This document shows positions 22,971 through 32,524 of a stretch of 64,000 nt of DNA, piece after piece. Both the position numbers and the translations under genes were made by a program. The stretch is from the NCBI GenBank assembly GCA_963821655.1, contig CAWGER010000004.1:23158-87157 (forward strand). Reading direction: 5' to 3'. This DNA comes from an uncultured Solirubrobacteraceae bacterium. GTDB taxonomy: Bacteria > Actinomycetota > Thermoleophilia > Solirubrobacterales > Solirubrobacteraceae. The notes below the pieces were generated by a model. That model saw nothing but the letters and a program-made list of their open reading frames with translations, ran no database searches and had not been told where the DNA came from. Each line of letters begins with the position of its first letter. Positions within the stretch are counted from its first letter, which is position 1.

Positions 22971-23986
22971 GCTCGCGCCGAAGCATCGCGGTCGTCTCGG
23001 CGGCGCTGTCCGTCGCCGTCGCGCTGTCCGGCTGCGGCACCAAGCAGGACGTGACCTCGACCTCGAAGACCAAGCAGTTCAACGTGATGCTCGACTTCTT
23101 CCCGAACGCCGACCACGCGGCCCTGTACTCGGCGATCGCCCACGGTGACTTCCGCGCGTCGGGACTGGATGTCCGCCCGCAGATCCCGGCCGAACCGGCC
23201 GACCCGCTGAAGCTGCTGGCCGCGGGCAAGGTGGACATGGCGATCTCCTATGAGCCGGAGCTCCTGCTGGCGCGCGATCAGGGCTTGAAGCTGGTGTCGA
23301 TCGCGGCGCTCGTCCAGCGTCCCCTGACCTCGATCATCGCCCTGCCGCGCCAGCACGTCACGACCGTGGCCACCCTGAAGGGCAAGCGCGTGGGCACCGC
23401 GGGCATCCCCTACCAGGCGGCCGAGCTGCACACGGCGCTGCTCGCCGCGGGCGTCGATCCCGCGAGCGTCAAGGAAGCGAACGTCGGCTTCAACCTCGTC
23501 CCCGCGATGCTGTCCGGCAAGGTGGCGGCGACGCTGGGGGGCTTCTGGAACTACGAGGGGATCCAGCTGCGACTGCTGCACAGGCATCCCACCGTGATCC
23601 CCGTCGACAGGGCCGGGGTGCCCACCTACGACGAGCTCGTGCTGGTCGTGCGCGAAGACGAGGCACACAGTCGCGGCCAGGATCTGCGCGCGTTCCTGCA
23701 GGCGTTCACGCGCGGCGAGAAGGAGACGAGGAGCGATCCCGCCGCGGCCGCATCGCTCGTCGTCAAGGCGAACCCCTCACTTGAACCGAAGCTCCAGCTG
23801 GCCTCGATCGAACAGACGCTGCCGGCGGCGGTGCCGGCCGGGCGCGGAAAGCCGTTCGGCTATCAGGACCCCGTGGCCTGGGCGGCCTTCGGGAGCTGGA
23901 TGTATGACCACCAGCTGCTCAAGCACTACCCCAACGCCGGGCTGCCCCCGTTCACCAACGAGTTCCTTCCCGGCCAGGGCATCTAG
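22913..23986 (+). CDS. ABC substrate-binding lipoprotein, NMT1/THI5 (ThiY-like)
   Basis: Lipobox LSGC; LDFFPNADHA, DMAISYEPE, GFWNYEG. Confidence 0.88.
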   Translation: MRAPWASRSNGGSAVRAPGRSRRSIAVVSAALSVAVALSGCGTKQDVTSTSKTKQFNVMLDFFPNADHAALYSAIAHGDFRASGLDVRPQIPAEPADPLKLLAAGKVDMAISYEPELLLARDQGLKLVSIAALVQRPLTSIIALPRQHVTTVATLKGKRVGTAGIPYQAAELHTALLAAGVDPASVKEANVGFNLVPAMLSGKVAATLGGFWNYEGIQLRLLHRHPTVIPVDRAGVPTYDELVLVVREDEAHSRGQDLRAFLQAFTRGEKETRSDPAAAASLVVKANPSLEPKLQLASIEQTLPAAVPAGRGKPFGYQDPVAWAAFGSWMYDHQLLKHYPNAGLPPFTNEFLPGQGI

Positions 23987-24063
23987 CAAGCAGGCGCGCC
24001 GCTCTCAGCCCAAGCGCACGCCCACCGCACGCGAAAGCTCGCCATCGTTCAGAATGGCTCGCG

Positions 24064-25101
24064 ATGGCACGGATAGGACTGCTCACCGGTGGAGGGGACT
24101 GCCCCGGCCTGAACGCCGTCATCCGAGCCGTGGTGCGGCGCGGACTGACCGAAGCGGAGAACAGCTTCGTGGGTTTTCGCTACGGCTGGGCCGGCGTGCT
24201 CACCGACGATGCGACCGAGTTGACGCTCGCGAGCACCGCCGGCATCCTCCCGCGTGGCGGCACCATCCTCGGAACCTCGCGGACGAATCCCTTCGCCGAC
24301 GGCCAGGATGGCCTCGAGCAAATCCGGCGCACCCTGAGCGCCAGCGGCGTCGACGTGCTGATCCCGATCGGCGGCGAGGACACGCTCGGGGTGGCCCTGC
24401 GGCTGCACGAGGCGGGGGTGCCGATCGTGGGCGTGCCCAAGACGATCGACAACGACCTCGGCGGAACGGACGTGACGTTCGGCTTTCAGACTGCCGTGCA
24501 GATCGTCACCGACGCGATCGATCGCCTGCACACGACCGCCGAGTCGCACAACCGCGTGATGGTCGTCGAGGTGATGGGCCGGCATGCGGGCTGGATCGCC
24601 ACGCACGCCGGCATCGCAGGAGGGGCGGACGCGATCCTCGTGCCGGAGCGGCCGTTCGACATCGATCAGGTCGTGGCGCACCTGCGCCGCCGCCACGAGC
24701 GCGGCCGCAGCTTCTCGATCGTGGTGGTCGCTGAGGGCGCCACGCCGATCGAGGGAACCCTGCAGGCGCGCGAGGGGACCACGACCGACGCCTTCGGGCA
24801 CGTGCGGCTCGGCGGGATCGGCATAACGCTCGAGAAGGAGATCGAGCAGCGGACCTCTTATGAGACGCGCGTGACCATCCTCGGCCACGTCCAGCGCGGC
24901 GGCACACCGGTCGCCTACGATCGCGTGCTGGCCACCCGCTTCGGCGTGGCCGCGATGAACGCGGCCGCGGGCGGGAACTTCGGGACGATCGTGGGACTGC
25001 GCGGCACCGACATAGTCGCGGTTCCGCTCGAGGAGGCGCTGCGGGAGCCCAAGCTCCTTGATCCCTCGCTGTATGAGACCGCTGAGCTCTTCTTCGGTTG
25101 A
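24064..25101 (+). CDS. pfkA: 6-phosphofructokinase
   Basis: TGGGDCPGLN, GGTILGTSR, GGEDT, PKTIDND, MGRHAG, LGHVQRGG. Confidence 0.95.
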   Translation: MARIGLLTGGGDCPGLNAVIRAVVRRGLTEAENSFVGFRYGWAGVLTDDATELTLASTAGILPRGGTILGTSRTNPFADGQDGLEQIRRTLSASGVDVLIPIGGEDTLGVALRLHEAGVPIVGVPKTIDNDLGGTDVTFGFQTAVQIVTDAIDRLHTTAESHNRVMVVEVMGRHAGWIATHAGIAGGADAILVPERPFDIDQVVAHLRRRHERGRSFSIVVVAEGATPIEGTLQAREGTTTDAFGHVRLGGIGITLEKEIEQRTSYETRVTILGHVQRGGTPVAYDRVLATRFGVAAMNAAAGGNFGTIVGLRGTDIVAVPLEEALREPKLLDPSLYETAELFFG

Positions 25102-26120
25102 TGCGGGCGATGCTGTTCGAGGGGGTCGGCCGCCCGCTGAGGGCGATCGAGCGCCCGATCCCGCGTCCGGGGCCCGGGCAGCTGCTCCTGCGCGTACACG
25201 CCTGCGGCGTCTGTCGCACCGACCTGCACCTGCTCGACGGCGAGGTGGAGATCTCCTCGCCGCCCCGGATCCTCGGACACCAGATCGTCGGGACGGTCGA
25301 GCCCTCCGACGGCCCCTCCCCACCGTCCGCGCCGGAGCCGCCCGGCCCCACCGCGCCGGCGGGCACCCGCCGGGTGGGGGTGCCGTGGCTCGGATGGACC
25401 TGCGGTGAATGCTCCTTTTGCCTGAGCGGGCGCGAGAACCTGTGCCCGCGCGCACGGTTCACCGGGTGCGACATCGATGGAGGGATGGCCGAGTACGCCC
25501 TCGCCGACGAGCGCTTCTGCTTCGAGATACCCCACGGCTATCCCGACGCACAGGCCGCGCCGCTGCTGTGCGCCGGGCTGATCGGCTACCGGGCCCTGCG
25601 CATGTGCGGGAGCGCGGACCGCGTCGGGTTGTACGGATTCGGGGCGGCAGCCCACATCCTGATCCAGGTCTGCCGCTCGCAGGGCCGGCAGGTGTTCGCG
25701 TTCACGAGCCCGGGCGACGAGACGACCCAGGCTTTCGCGCTCGAGCTGGGGGCCGTGTGGGCGGGCTCCTCGGAGGAGCTCCCCCCGGAGGAGCTCGACG
25801 CGGCGATCGTGTTCGCGCCGCACGGGCCGCTGGTCCCGCTGGCACTGCTCGCGCTGGCTCCCGGCGGAACGGTCGTGTGCGGCGGGATCCACATGAGCGA
25901 CATCCCCGCCTTCCCCTACAGCAGCCTGTGGCAGGAGCGCGTGGTGCGCTCGGTCGCCAACCTCACGCGTCGCGACGCCGAGGAGTTCCTCGCGCTCGCT
26001 CCGCGCGTCCCGGTTCAGACGAAGGTGACTCAATATGCGCTCGAGGACGCCGATCAGGCGCTGTCTGACCTGCGGTTCGGGCGTTTCACGGGCGCGGCCG
26101 TGATCGTGCCCGGCGACTAA
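25101..26120 (+). CDS. Zinc-dependent alcohol dehydrogenase family protein
   Basis: CGVCRTDLH, GHQ, CGECSFC...C structural zinc, LCAG, GFGAAA; TGATG overlap with pfkA. Confidence 0.92.
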   Translation: MRAMLFEGVGRPLRAIERPIPRPGPGQLLLRVHACGVCRTDLHLLDGEVEISSPPRILGHQIVGTVEPSDGPSPPSAPEPPGPTAPAGTRRVGVPWLGWTCGECSFCLSGRENLCPRARFTGCDIDGGMAEYALADERFCFEIPHGYPDAQAAPLLCAGLIGYRALRMCGSADRVGLYGFGAAAHILIQVCRSQGRQVFAFTSPGDETTQAFALELGAVWAGSSEELPPEELDAAIVFAPHGPLVPLALLALAPGGTVVCGGIHMSDIPAFPYSSLWQERVVRSVANLTRRDAEEFLALAPRVPVQTKVTQYALEDADQALSDLRFGRFTGAAVIVPGD

Positions 26121-26125
26121 GCGGG

Positions 26126-26176
26126 TTCTCATCGGCAGCTCAGCTCAGCTTTAGGCGCCGTGAAGATGCTGCCGGC
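26126..26176 (+). promoter_or_regulatory. Triple heptamer box (11-bp period) plus -10, copy 1
   Basis: TTCTCAT-cggc-AGCTCAG-ctca-GCTTTAG, 10 nt, GATGCT, 6 nt, ATG 26177. Confidence 0.7.
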
Positions 26177-27382
26177 ATGCCACCGGGGCGCAGAGGCGCA
26201 GACAGGCGCTCCGCCCGGCGCCGGCGGCGTGCCCTCAGGCGACGGCGGTTGGGGGCTCTGACAATTGCGATCACGCTCCTCTTAGCCGTCGCGATCGCGA
26301 GCGGTCACGACGGCGGCGGGAACCACGCGGGTGTGAAGCCGCAGGCTCGCCAAGGGGTTCTGGGGACGCGCGCGGCGCGAGCACCGGGCACAGGGCGCGG
26401 TCACGCCGGCGCCGATCCGGCGAGCGGACTGCAGCCGGGCTCGGACCCGAGCGTGCTTCCGGGACCTCTTCTGATCGCCGATCGAGACAACAACCGCCTG
26501 GTCGAGGTGAGTCCGAGCGGACAGGTGCTGTGGCGCTTCCCCGCGCCCGGAGACCTCGCCCCTGGACAGACGTTCAACCTGCCCGACGACGTGTTCTTCT
26601 CGCCCGACGGGCAGAAGGTGATCGTCACCCAGGAGGACGAATTCGCCATCAGCGTGGTCGACATCGCCCACGGGCGGATCGTCTACCGCTACGGCCATCC
26701 GGGCATCCCGGGCTCCGAACCCGGCTATCTGCACAACCCCGACGACGCGCTGCTGACCCCCTCCGGAGACATCCTCACCGCCGACATCAAGAACTGCCGG
26801 CTGCTCGTGATCCGCCCGCCGGCGCACCGCCCGCTGCGCCAGCTCGGCACGATCGGCGCCTGCGCTCACCAGCTGGGCAGCTCCTACGGCAGCCCCAACG
26901 GCGCCTTTCCGATGAGCAACGGCGGCACGGTGGTCACGGAGATCAACGGGGACTGGATGGACATCCTCTCCCCGCGCGGGCGGCCCGTGTCGGATACGCA
27001 TCCGCCCGGCTTCACCTATCCATCCGACACCAACGAGGTCCGTCCCGGGCTGTTCCTGTCGGCCGACTACACGAGCCCCGGAGCGATCGAGACGTTCACG
27101 AGCGACGGCAGGCTGCAATGGCGGTATGCGCCCACGGGGCCGCACGCGCTCGACCAGCCGTCGCTGGCGCTGCCGCTGCCCAACGGGGACATCCTCGCCA
27201 ACGACGACAAGAACGATCGCGTGATCGTGATCGATCCGCACACGAACACCATCGTCTGGCAGTACGGCCACACACACCTGCCGGGCGCGGGCCCCGGCTT
27301 CCTGAGCAATCCCGACGGCGTGGACCTCGCGCCGCCGTACTCGCTCGTGGGACGCTTCGGCGCGAGCATGCACGCGCCGTGA
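26177..27382 (+). CDS. Membrane-anchored beta-propeller protein (PQQ-like/NHL-like repeats)
   Basis: Arg-rich N-terminus plus TM; repeated ADxxNNR/VIVID...WxYG..G...LxxPDD blades. Confidence 0.75.
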   Translation: MPPGRRGADRRSARRRRRALRRRRLGALTIAITLLLAVAIASGHDGGGNHAGVKPQARQGVLGTRAARAPGTGRGHAGADPASGLQPGSDPSVLPGPLLIADRDNNRLVEVSPSGQVLWRFPAPGDLAPGQTFNLPDDVFFSPDGQKVIVTQEDEFAISVVDIAHGRIVYRYGHPGIPGSEPGYLHNPDDALLTPSGDILTADIKNCRLLVIRPPAHRPLRQLGTIGACAHQLGSSYGSPNGAFPMSNGGTVVTEINGDWMDILSPRGRPVSDTHPPGFTYPSDTNEVRPGLFLSADYTSPGAIETFTSDGRLQWRYAPTGPHALDQPSLALPLPNGDILANDDKNDRVIVIDPHTNTIVWQYGHTHLPGAGPGFLSNPDGVDLAPPYSLVGRFGASMHAP

Positions 27383-27413
27383 GGCGGCGCCTGCCTTAGC
27401 GCGCGGACCCTGC

Positions 27414-28487
27414 CTAGGGAACGGACGGGGCGAGGACCGGTTCAGCCGCGAACACCGAGGACTGCGTCGCGCCCGAGCTCTGACCGCCGGCGATGAGCAC
27501 GCGGCCCCCGACGACGCCCGCCGCCGCGTCCGAGAGCGCGAGCGGCAGGCGTCCGGCCGGCGTGACGGCTCCGTCGAGCGGATCGATCGCGAGGATCGCC
27601 GCTGTCTGACTTTCCGGTGAGGAGCCGCGCCCCCCGAGCAGGTACACGTAGGAGCCGAGCGCCACGGCCGCGGCATGGGTGACGGGCCTGGGCAGGCGCC
27701 CGATCGGGCGGACCTGCCCGCTGCGCGGATCGAAGCGGAGGATCTCGGTCTGGGCGGCTTCGCCGTGGGATCCCCCGAGGATCAGGATCTGCCCGCCGAT
27801 CGCCGCGACGGCTGCGTAGCGCAGCGAGAACGGGAGGCGGCCGACGAGCCTCGCGGGCTGCCCGGGACGCCACGCGAGGATCGTGTCGAGCGCCTGTTCA
27901 CCGTCGTAGCCGCCGATCACGTACGCGCTGCCGTCGACCGCCGCGACCGCCACGTCGGACGCCGGCCGTGGCAGCGCCCCCACCGCAGAGACGCCGCCGG
28001 CAGGATCGAAGCGCAGGACGTGGTCGTATGAGCTCACCTGACCGCCGCCGAACACGTAGGCCCGGCCGGCGAGCAGCGCACCCTGCGCGTCGTGCTGGGC
28101 GAGCGGCAGCCGAGCAACGGTCGCCACGTGGCTGCCCGCGAGCACCATCACCGCCGCGGTGGATGTGTCGTTGGCGTCGAGCCCGCCGAGCAGGGCCAGC
28201 GTTCGGTCTGCAAGCACGACCGCGGCCGCATCCTGCAGCGGTGCCGGCAGGGCGACCGCGAGCCGCTTTGTCCTCAGACGGACAGGGTGCCGCTGCGCCG
28301 GCAGCCCAGGATGCGAGCGGCTCTGAGCGCTGCGCGTCGAGGAGCCCGTGCTCAGGGCAGCGATCAACACGGCCACGAGGCCGAGCAGAGCCACGATCCC
28401 AACGCCACGTGCGCGTCGAGTGCGCCGGCGCACGGGCCTGTGTGCGCGTGCAGCGCGACGCTCAGCCGGCCTCAACCGGCGCTCCAT
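27414..28487 (-). CDS. Membrane-anchored Kelch-repeat protein
   Basis: Arg-rich N-terminus plus TM; repeated YVFGG/YVIGG/YLLGG...RFDP...GRLP Kelch units; overlaps the HK stop. Confidence 0.8.
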   Translation of the reverse strand: MERRLRPAERRAARAHRPVRRRTRRARGVGIVALLGLVAVLIAALSTGSSTRSAQSRSHPGLPAQRHPVRLRTKRLAVALPAPLQDAAAVVLADRTLALLGGLDANDTSTAAVMVLAGSHVATVARLPLAQHDAQGALLAGRAYVFGGGQVSSYDHVLRFDPAGGVSAVGALPRPASDVAVAAVDGSAYVIGGYDGEQALDTILAWRPGQPARLVGRLPFSLRYAAVAAIGGQILILGGSHGEAAQTEILRFDPRSGQVRPIGRLPRPVTHAAAVALGSYVYLLGGRGSSPESQTAAILAIDPLDGAVTPAGRLPLALSDAAAGVVGGRVLIAGGQSSGATQSSVFAAEPVLAPSVP

Positions 28488-30027
28488 CCTCGCCGCCAGG
28501 AGGCGATCCCGGCCCGCTCGTCGCCACAGCGAGCTCGCGGGCGACCGCCGGGCTCCACCGCTCGGAGGTGAAACCGGGGAGCTCGAGCTCGATGCTGGCG
28601 CCACCCTCGGCAGAGCGCCCAGCGGCGACGTGCCCGCCGTGGGCCTCGGCGATCGCCCGTACGATCGCTAGCCCCAGGCCTGTTCCGCCCGAGGCGCGGT
28701 CGCGCGCGGCATCGGTGCGATGGAAGCGATCGAAGACGCGCTCGCGCTGATCGTGCGGGATGCCCGGCCCGTCGTCCTCGACCACGAAGCGCACGTGGCT
28801 GCTGCGGACACGCTCGACCCGCATCCGCACCATCCCCCGCTCCGCCGAGGTATGTCCGATCGCATTGGCCACCAGGTTGCGCAGCGCCTGGGCGAGGCGA
28901 TCGGGATCGGCCCTGAGTGTTCCCGCGGGAACGGGCCCCAGCTCGAAGCGACGGCGCGCGAGCAGGCTCATCGCGTCCCACAGCTCGTCCACGAAGGAGG
29001 GAAGGTCGATCGGCTCGGTCCGCAGGAACTGCGTCTGCTCGGCATTCGCCAGCAGCAGCAGGTCATCGACCAGGCGGCTGATGCGGGCGATCTCGGCCTG
29101 CACGAGCCCTTCCACGCGCCGCACCTCATCGGCCGACGGGTTCCGTTGCGCGGCCAGCACTTCGAGCTGGCCGCGGATCACCGTGAGCGGCGTGCGCAGC
29201 TCGTGTGAGGCATCGGCTATGAACTCGCGCTGGGAGGCGAACGCGTCGGTCAGCCGGTCGAGCATGTGGTTGAACGCGGCGGCCAGCACGCGCACCTCGT
29301 CGCCCTGGCCACCCTGGTCGTGAATGCGCGGATGCAGGTCCCCTGCGTCGACCCGCGCCGCCACCGCTGCCATGCGCCGCAGCGGCCGCGAGACGCGGGT
29401 GCCGATCAGATATGACGCCAGCACGGCGCCCAGCAGCGCGAGGAACCCGGCGAGGATGAAGGCGCGCGCGACGCCCCGCTGCGCGTGCGCGACCGATGCC
29501 AGGGGCTCACCCACCGCGACGGTCACGAGCCGGCCGGAGGCGAGACGAACCGTCCGCTTGAGCAGCCGCAGGTCGCCGACATCGGGGAGAGCCACGGTGG
29601 AGTAGCCGTCGCCCACCGTCAGCAGACGCGCCGAGAGGCGGTTCTCCCGCGTCTGCTGCACCTGGTTCTCGCCCTCGTCGGGGCTGGCGCGACCGAGCAG
29701 CTCGGGCCGGTTGCTGCTCGTGCCGGCCCCCGGAACGACCGCGAACAGCAGCGTCGAGCTCGCCCTGAACGGCTGGTCGCGCACGTAGCGCGTGGCCGCT
29801 TCAGTCACCCCTTTGGGCGAGCTGCCCCTGGCGAGCGCGAGGTTGTGGGCGAACTCGCCGGCATCGCCGGAGATCTCCTTGTCTATCTGCCGGCGCAGCT
29901 CGCTACCGGTGCCGCGGTAGACGGCGACGAACGCGATGCCCGTGCACAGCAGGGTGACCAGCGTGACCCATCCCGCCAGGCGCCAGCGCAGAGACAGCGA
30001 CGGCAGGCGGGGGCCGGACCACCGCAT
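28462..30027 (-). CDS. HAMP-domain sensor histidine kinase
   Basis: Two TM, HAMP, ASHELRTPL H-box, NLVANA, DDGPG, GTGLGL. Confidence 0.95.
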   Translation of the reverse strand: MRWSGPRLPSLSLRWRLAGWVTLVTLLCTGIAFVAVYRGTGSELRRQIDKEISGDAGEFAHNLALARGSSPKGVTEAATRYVRDQPFRASSTLLFAVVPGAGTSSNRPELLGRASPDEGENQVQQTRENRLSARLLTVGDGYSTVALPDVGDLRLLKRTVRLASGRLVTVAVGEPLASVAHAQRGVARAFILAGFLALLGAVLASYLIGTRVSRPLRRMAAVAARVDAGDLHPRIHDQGGQGDEVRVLAAAFNHMLDRLTDAFASQREFIADASHELRTPLTVIRGQLEVLAAQRNPSADEVRRVEGLVQAEIARISRLVDDLLLLANAEQTQFLRTEPIDLPSFVDELWDAMSLLARRRFELGPVPAGTLRADPDRLAQALRNLVANAIGHTSAERGMVRMRVERVRSSHVRFVVEDDGPGIPHDQRERVFDRFHRTDAARDRASGGTGLGLAIVRAIAEAHGGHVAAGRSAEGGASIELELPGFTSERWSPAVARELAVATSGPGSPPGGEDGAPVEAG

Positions 30028-30030
30028 GGG

Positions 30031-30789
30031 TCAGCTGACGCGGCCGAGGCGGTACCCGACCGAGCGCATCGTGAAGATCGGCGCCGGGTCCCCGGGACGG
30101 CCGAGCTTGCGGCGCAGATAGCCGATGTACACATCCACGACATTCGTCGCGGGATCGTGCTCGTAGCCCCAGACCGAGCTCAGGATCTGCTCCCGCGTGA
30201 GCACCTGGCGGTGATGGCGCAGCAGGTAGACCAAGAGCTCGAACTCGGTCGTTGACAGGACCACCGCCCTTCCACCCCGCCGCACCTTGCGGGTGAGCAG
30301 GTCGACCTCGATGTCCTCAGCGGACAGCGTGCTCGTGGAGGCCTGCGCGACGACCCGCAGTTGAGCGCGCACACGGGCCACGAGCTCAGCCAGCGAGAAG
30401 GGCTTGACCAGATAGTCCACGGCGCCCGCGTCGAGCCCCGCGACGCGATCCTCGATCTCCCCCCTCGCGGTCAGCACGATCACCGGCAGGCTCGGCCTCA
30501 CCCGGTGCACGGAGGCGAGGATGTCGAGGCCACTGCGACCGGGAAGCATCAGGTCGAGCACGATCGCGTCGAAGCTGTCGCTCAGCGCCAGTCGCTCACC
30601 CTCGATCCCGTCGACCGCGACCGCCACGTCAAAGCCCGCGGCCTGCAGACCCCGGCTCACGAAATCGACGATCCCCGGCTCGTCCTCGACCAGCAGTATC
30701 CGAGCGGAGGCATCGGCCCGGTCGGCGGCGTCCGCGTCCTCGACAACCGGCGCCGCGTCCACCTGAGCCGGACCAGTTCCCTGTGTCAT
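30031..30789 (-). CDS. OmpR/MprA-family response regulator
   Basis: LLVEDE, LDLMLP, KPF, NVVDVYIGYLRRKL; leaderless with -10 TATGCT 6 nt upstream. Confidence 0.95.
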   Translation of the reverse strand: MTQGTGPAQVDAAPVVEDADAADRADASARILLVEDEPGIVDFVSRGLQAAGFDVAVAVDGIEGERLALSDSFDAIVLDLMLPGRSGLDILASVHRVRPSLPVIVLTARGEIEDRVAGLDAGAVDYLVKPFSLAELVARVRAQLRVVAQASTSTLSAEDIEVDLLTRKVRRGGRAVVLSTTEFELLVYLLRHHRQVLTREQILSSVWGYEHDPATNVVDVYIGYLRRKLGRPGDPAPIFTMRSVGYRLGRVS

Positions 30790-30839
30790 ATCTCAAGCAT
30801 AGGTGTAAGCGCGCTCACCCTTTTGGTCGTCTGCAACAA

Positions 30840-30897
30840 ATGAGCTTTCTCATCAAGCGGTTATCGAACCCTTAGCCGGCGCGCCCAGACTCTCATG
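30840..30897 (+). promoter_or_regulatory. Triple heptamer box plus -10, copy 2 (includes palindrome ATGAGctttCTCAT)
   Basis: TTCTCAT-caag-CGGTTAT-cgaa-CCCTTAG, 10 nt, CAGACT, 6 nt, GTG 30898. Confidence 0.72.
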
Positions 30898-31557
30898 GTG
30901 ATGAGCAATCTCCAGGCCTCGGCTGCGCCCTCGACGCGGCCAGGCGTCAGAACGCTGACCGGAGGTGGAACGGCAGGAAACGAGCGTCTGACTGCGGCAA
31001 CGGGCGTGGTTCTCATAGCGCTTCTGGCGGTTATCGGAGTCACGATCATCTCGCTCTCACAGCTTCTGTGGGTGCATCTGTTCGTGGGAATGCTCCTGAT
31101 CGGACCGGTTGCGTTGAAGCTGGGCAGCACGGGCTACAGGTTCATCCGCTACTACACCGGAAACCCCAGCTACCGGCGCGTGGGACCGCCGCCGTCGCTG
31201 CTGCGGGTGATAGCCCCGATGGTCGTGCTCTCCACCGTGGTGGTCATGGCCAGCGGAGTCGTGCTCCTGTTCGCCGGGCCGCAGTCGCGGGACACCCTGC
31301 TGCCGATCCACAAGGCGAGCTTCATCGTCTGGATTGCCTTCACCACGATTCACGTGCTCGGTCACCTGCCGGGAATTCCCAGTGCACTGCGAGCCGACTA
31401 CGGACGCTCGGCGCAGTGGAGCCACGATGTGACGGGACGAGTCGGGCGAGTCATATCGCTCGCCAGTGCGCTCACGGCCGGAGTGGTGCTCGCAATCCTC
31501 GTCACGCCTCAATTCGGCCCGTGGCTCAACGCTCACACTCTCTTTCACCACCACTGA
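30895..31557 (+). CDS. Multi-TM membrane protein, putative cytochrome b-like (DUF4405-like)
   Basis: About 5 TM helices with His in WVHLF, IHKAS and IHVLGH. The heme role is inferred. The true start may be GTG 30898. Confidence 0.6.
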   Translation: MVMSNLQASAAPSTRPGVRTLTGGGTAGNERLTAATGVVLIALLAVIGVTIISLSQLLWVHLFVGMLLIGPVALKLGSTGYRFIRYYTGNPSYRRVGPPPSLLRVIAPMVVLSTVVVMASGVVLLFAGPQSRDTLLPIHKASFIVWIAFTTIHVLGHLPGIPSALRADYGRSAQWSHDVTGRVGRVISLASALTAGVVLAILVTPQFGPWLNAHTLFHHH

Positions 31558-31558
31558 A

Positions 31559-32033
31559 ATGCGCTCTGGAGCCGCCTACACACGTGATGCAGCCCTGCGC
31601 AAGCTCGGTCGCATCAACCGCTGGCTGATCGCCGGCAGCGTGATCCTCACCGGAGTGTTCTGGGAGGTGGCCGCTCAGGCGTTTCCGGGCAAAAGCGCAG
31701 CGGCTACCAAGGCCAAGGCGAAGGCCGCAAGCGCGCACTCGCACCACCATGGCAACCAGGCCTCGGGACAATCGACCAATACGTCCTCCGGCGCACTGCG
31801 GCCACCCCCCCAGGCGCCGCAGGCCAGCACTGAAGCGGCACCCGAATCAGAAGCCACGCAGGAATCCGCCCCGGTGGGAGAACCCGGCCAAGAAGCCGCT
31901 TCGGAACCCGAATCGGCGCCCGCACAGCAGCCCACGCCCCAGGAAACCGCCCCCGCCCCCGAATCGGTGCCAACCCAGGAAGCGCGCGCCCCCGCAGGAA
32001 CCCTCGGCTCCGGTCGTCTCGGGAGGCTCCTGA
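31559..32033 (+). CDS. Exported low-complexity protein ending PVVSGGS, paralog 1 (frameshift near 31985)
   Basis: MRSGAAYTRDAALRKLGRINRWLIAGSV...AAQAFPG, A/P/E/S/Q linker, C-terminus PQEPSAPVVSGGS* in the shifted frame. Confidence 0.8.
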
Positions 32034-32070
32034 GATGCGCCCGCGCGCAAGACGCGATGGCCGGCATTCG

Positions 32071-32128
32071 ATGAGCTTTCTAACCAAGCGGTTAGACCAG
32101 CCTTATCGAAGCTGACGACACTGCTCCT
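32071..32128 (+). promoter_or_regulatory. Triple heptamer box plus -10, copy 3
   Basis: atgagct-TTCTAAC-caag-CGGTTAG-acca-GCCTTAT, 10 nt, GACACT, 6 nt, ATG 32129; near-identical to 30840-30864. Confidence 0.72.
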
Positions 32129-32523
32129 ATGACAACCACTCCCGGATCAAGAGACGTAGCGCTACGCAAGCTCGCCCGCGTCAACCGCTGGCTGATCGCC
32201 GGCAGCGTCGCCGCCACGGGAACGATCGCGGCGGCGGCGGCCCAGGCGTTCCCGGGGCAGGCCGCCAAGGCCACCTCGACCACGACGGCAACTTCCGGCG
32301 CGAAGAAATCGAGCTCACAGGCGCAGAAGTCCGCCACCGCGCTCCAGGCCGCGGCGCAGGTGCCGCAGTCGGTGTCGGAATCGGCCGAATCGGCGCCGCG
32401 TCGACATCCAGCACCGAAGAATCCGCTGCGGCGCAGGAATCCGCCGCCACAGAACAGTCCTCCTCAGGAGAACAGTCCTCCACGGGCGAACAGTCCTCGC
32501 CGGTCGTTTCCGGAGGATCTTGA
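32129..32523 (+). CDS. Exported low-complexity protein ending PVVSGGS, paralog 2 (frameshift near 32398)
   Basis: MTTTPGSRDVALRKLARVNRWLIAGSV...AAQAFPG; shifted frame reads STEESAAAQESAATEQSSSGEQSSTGEQSSPVVSGGS* (TGA 32521-32523). Confidence 0.8.
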
Positions 32524-32524
32524 G

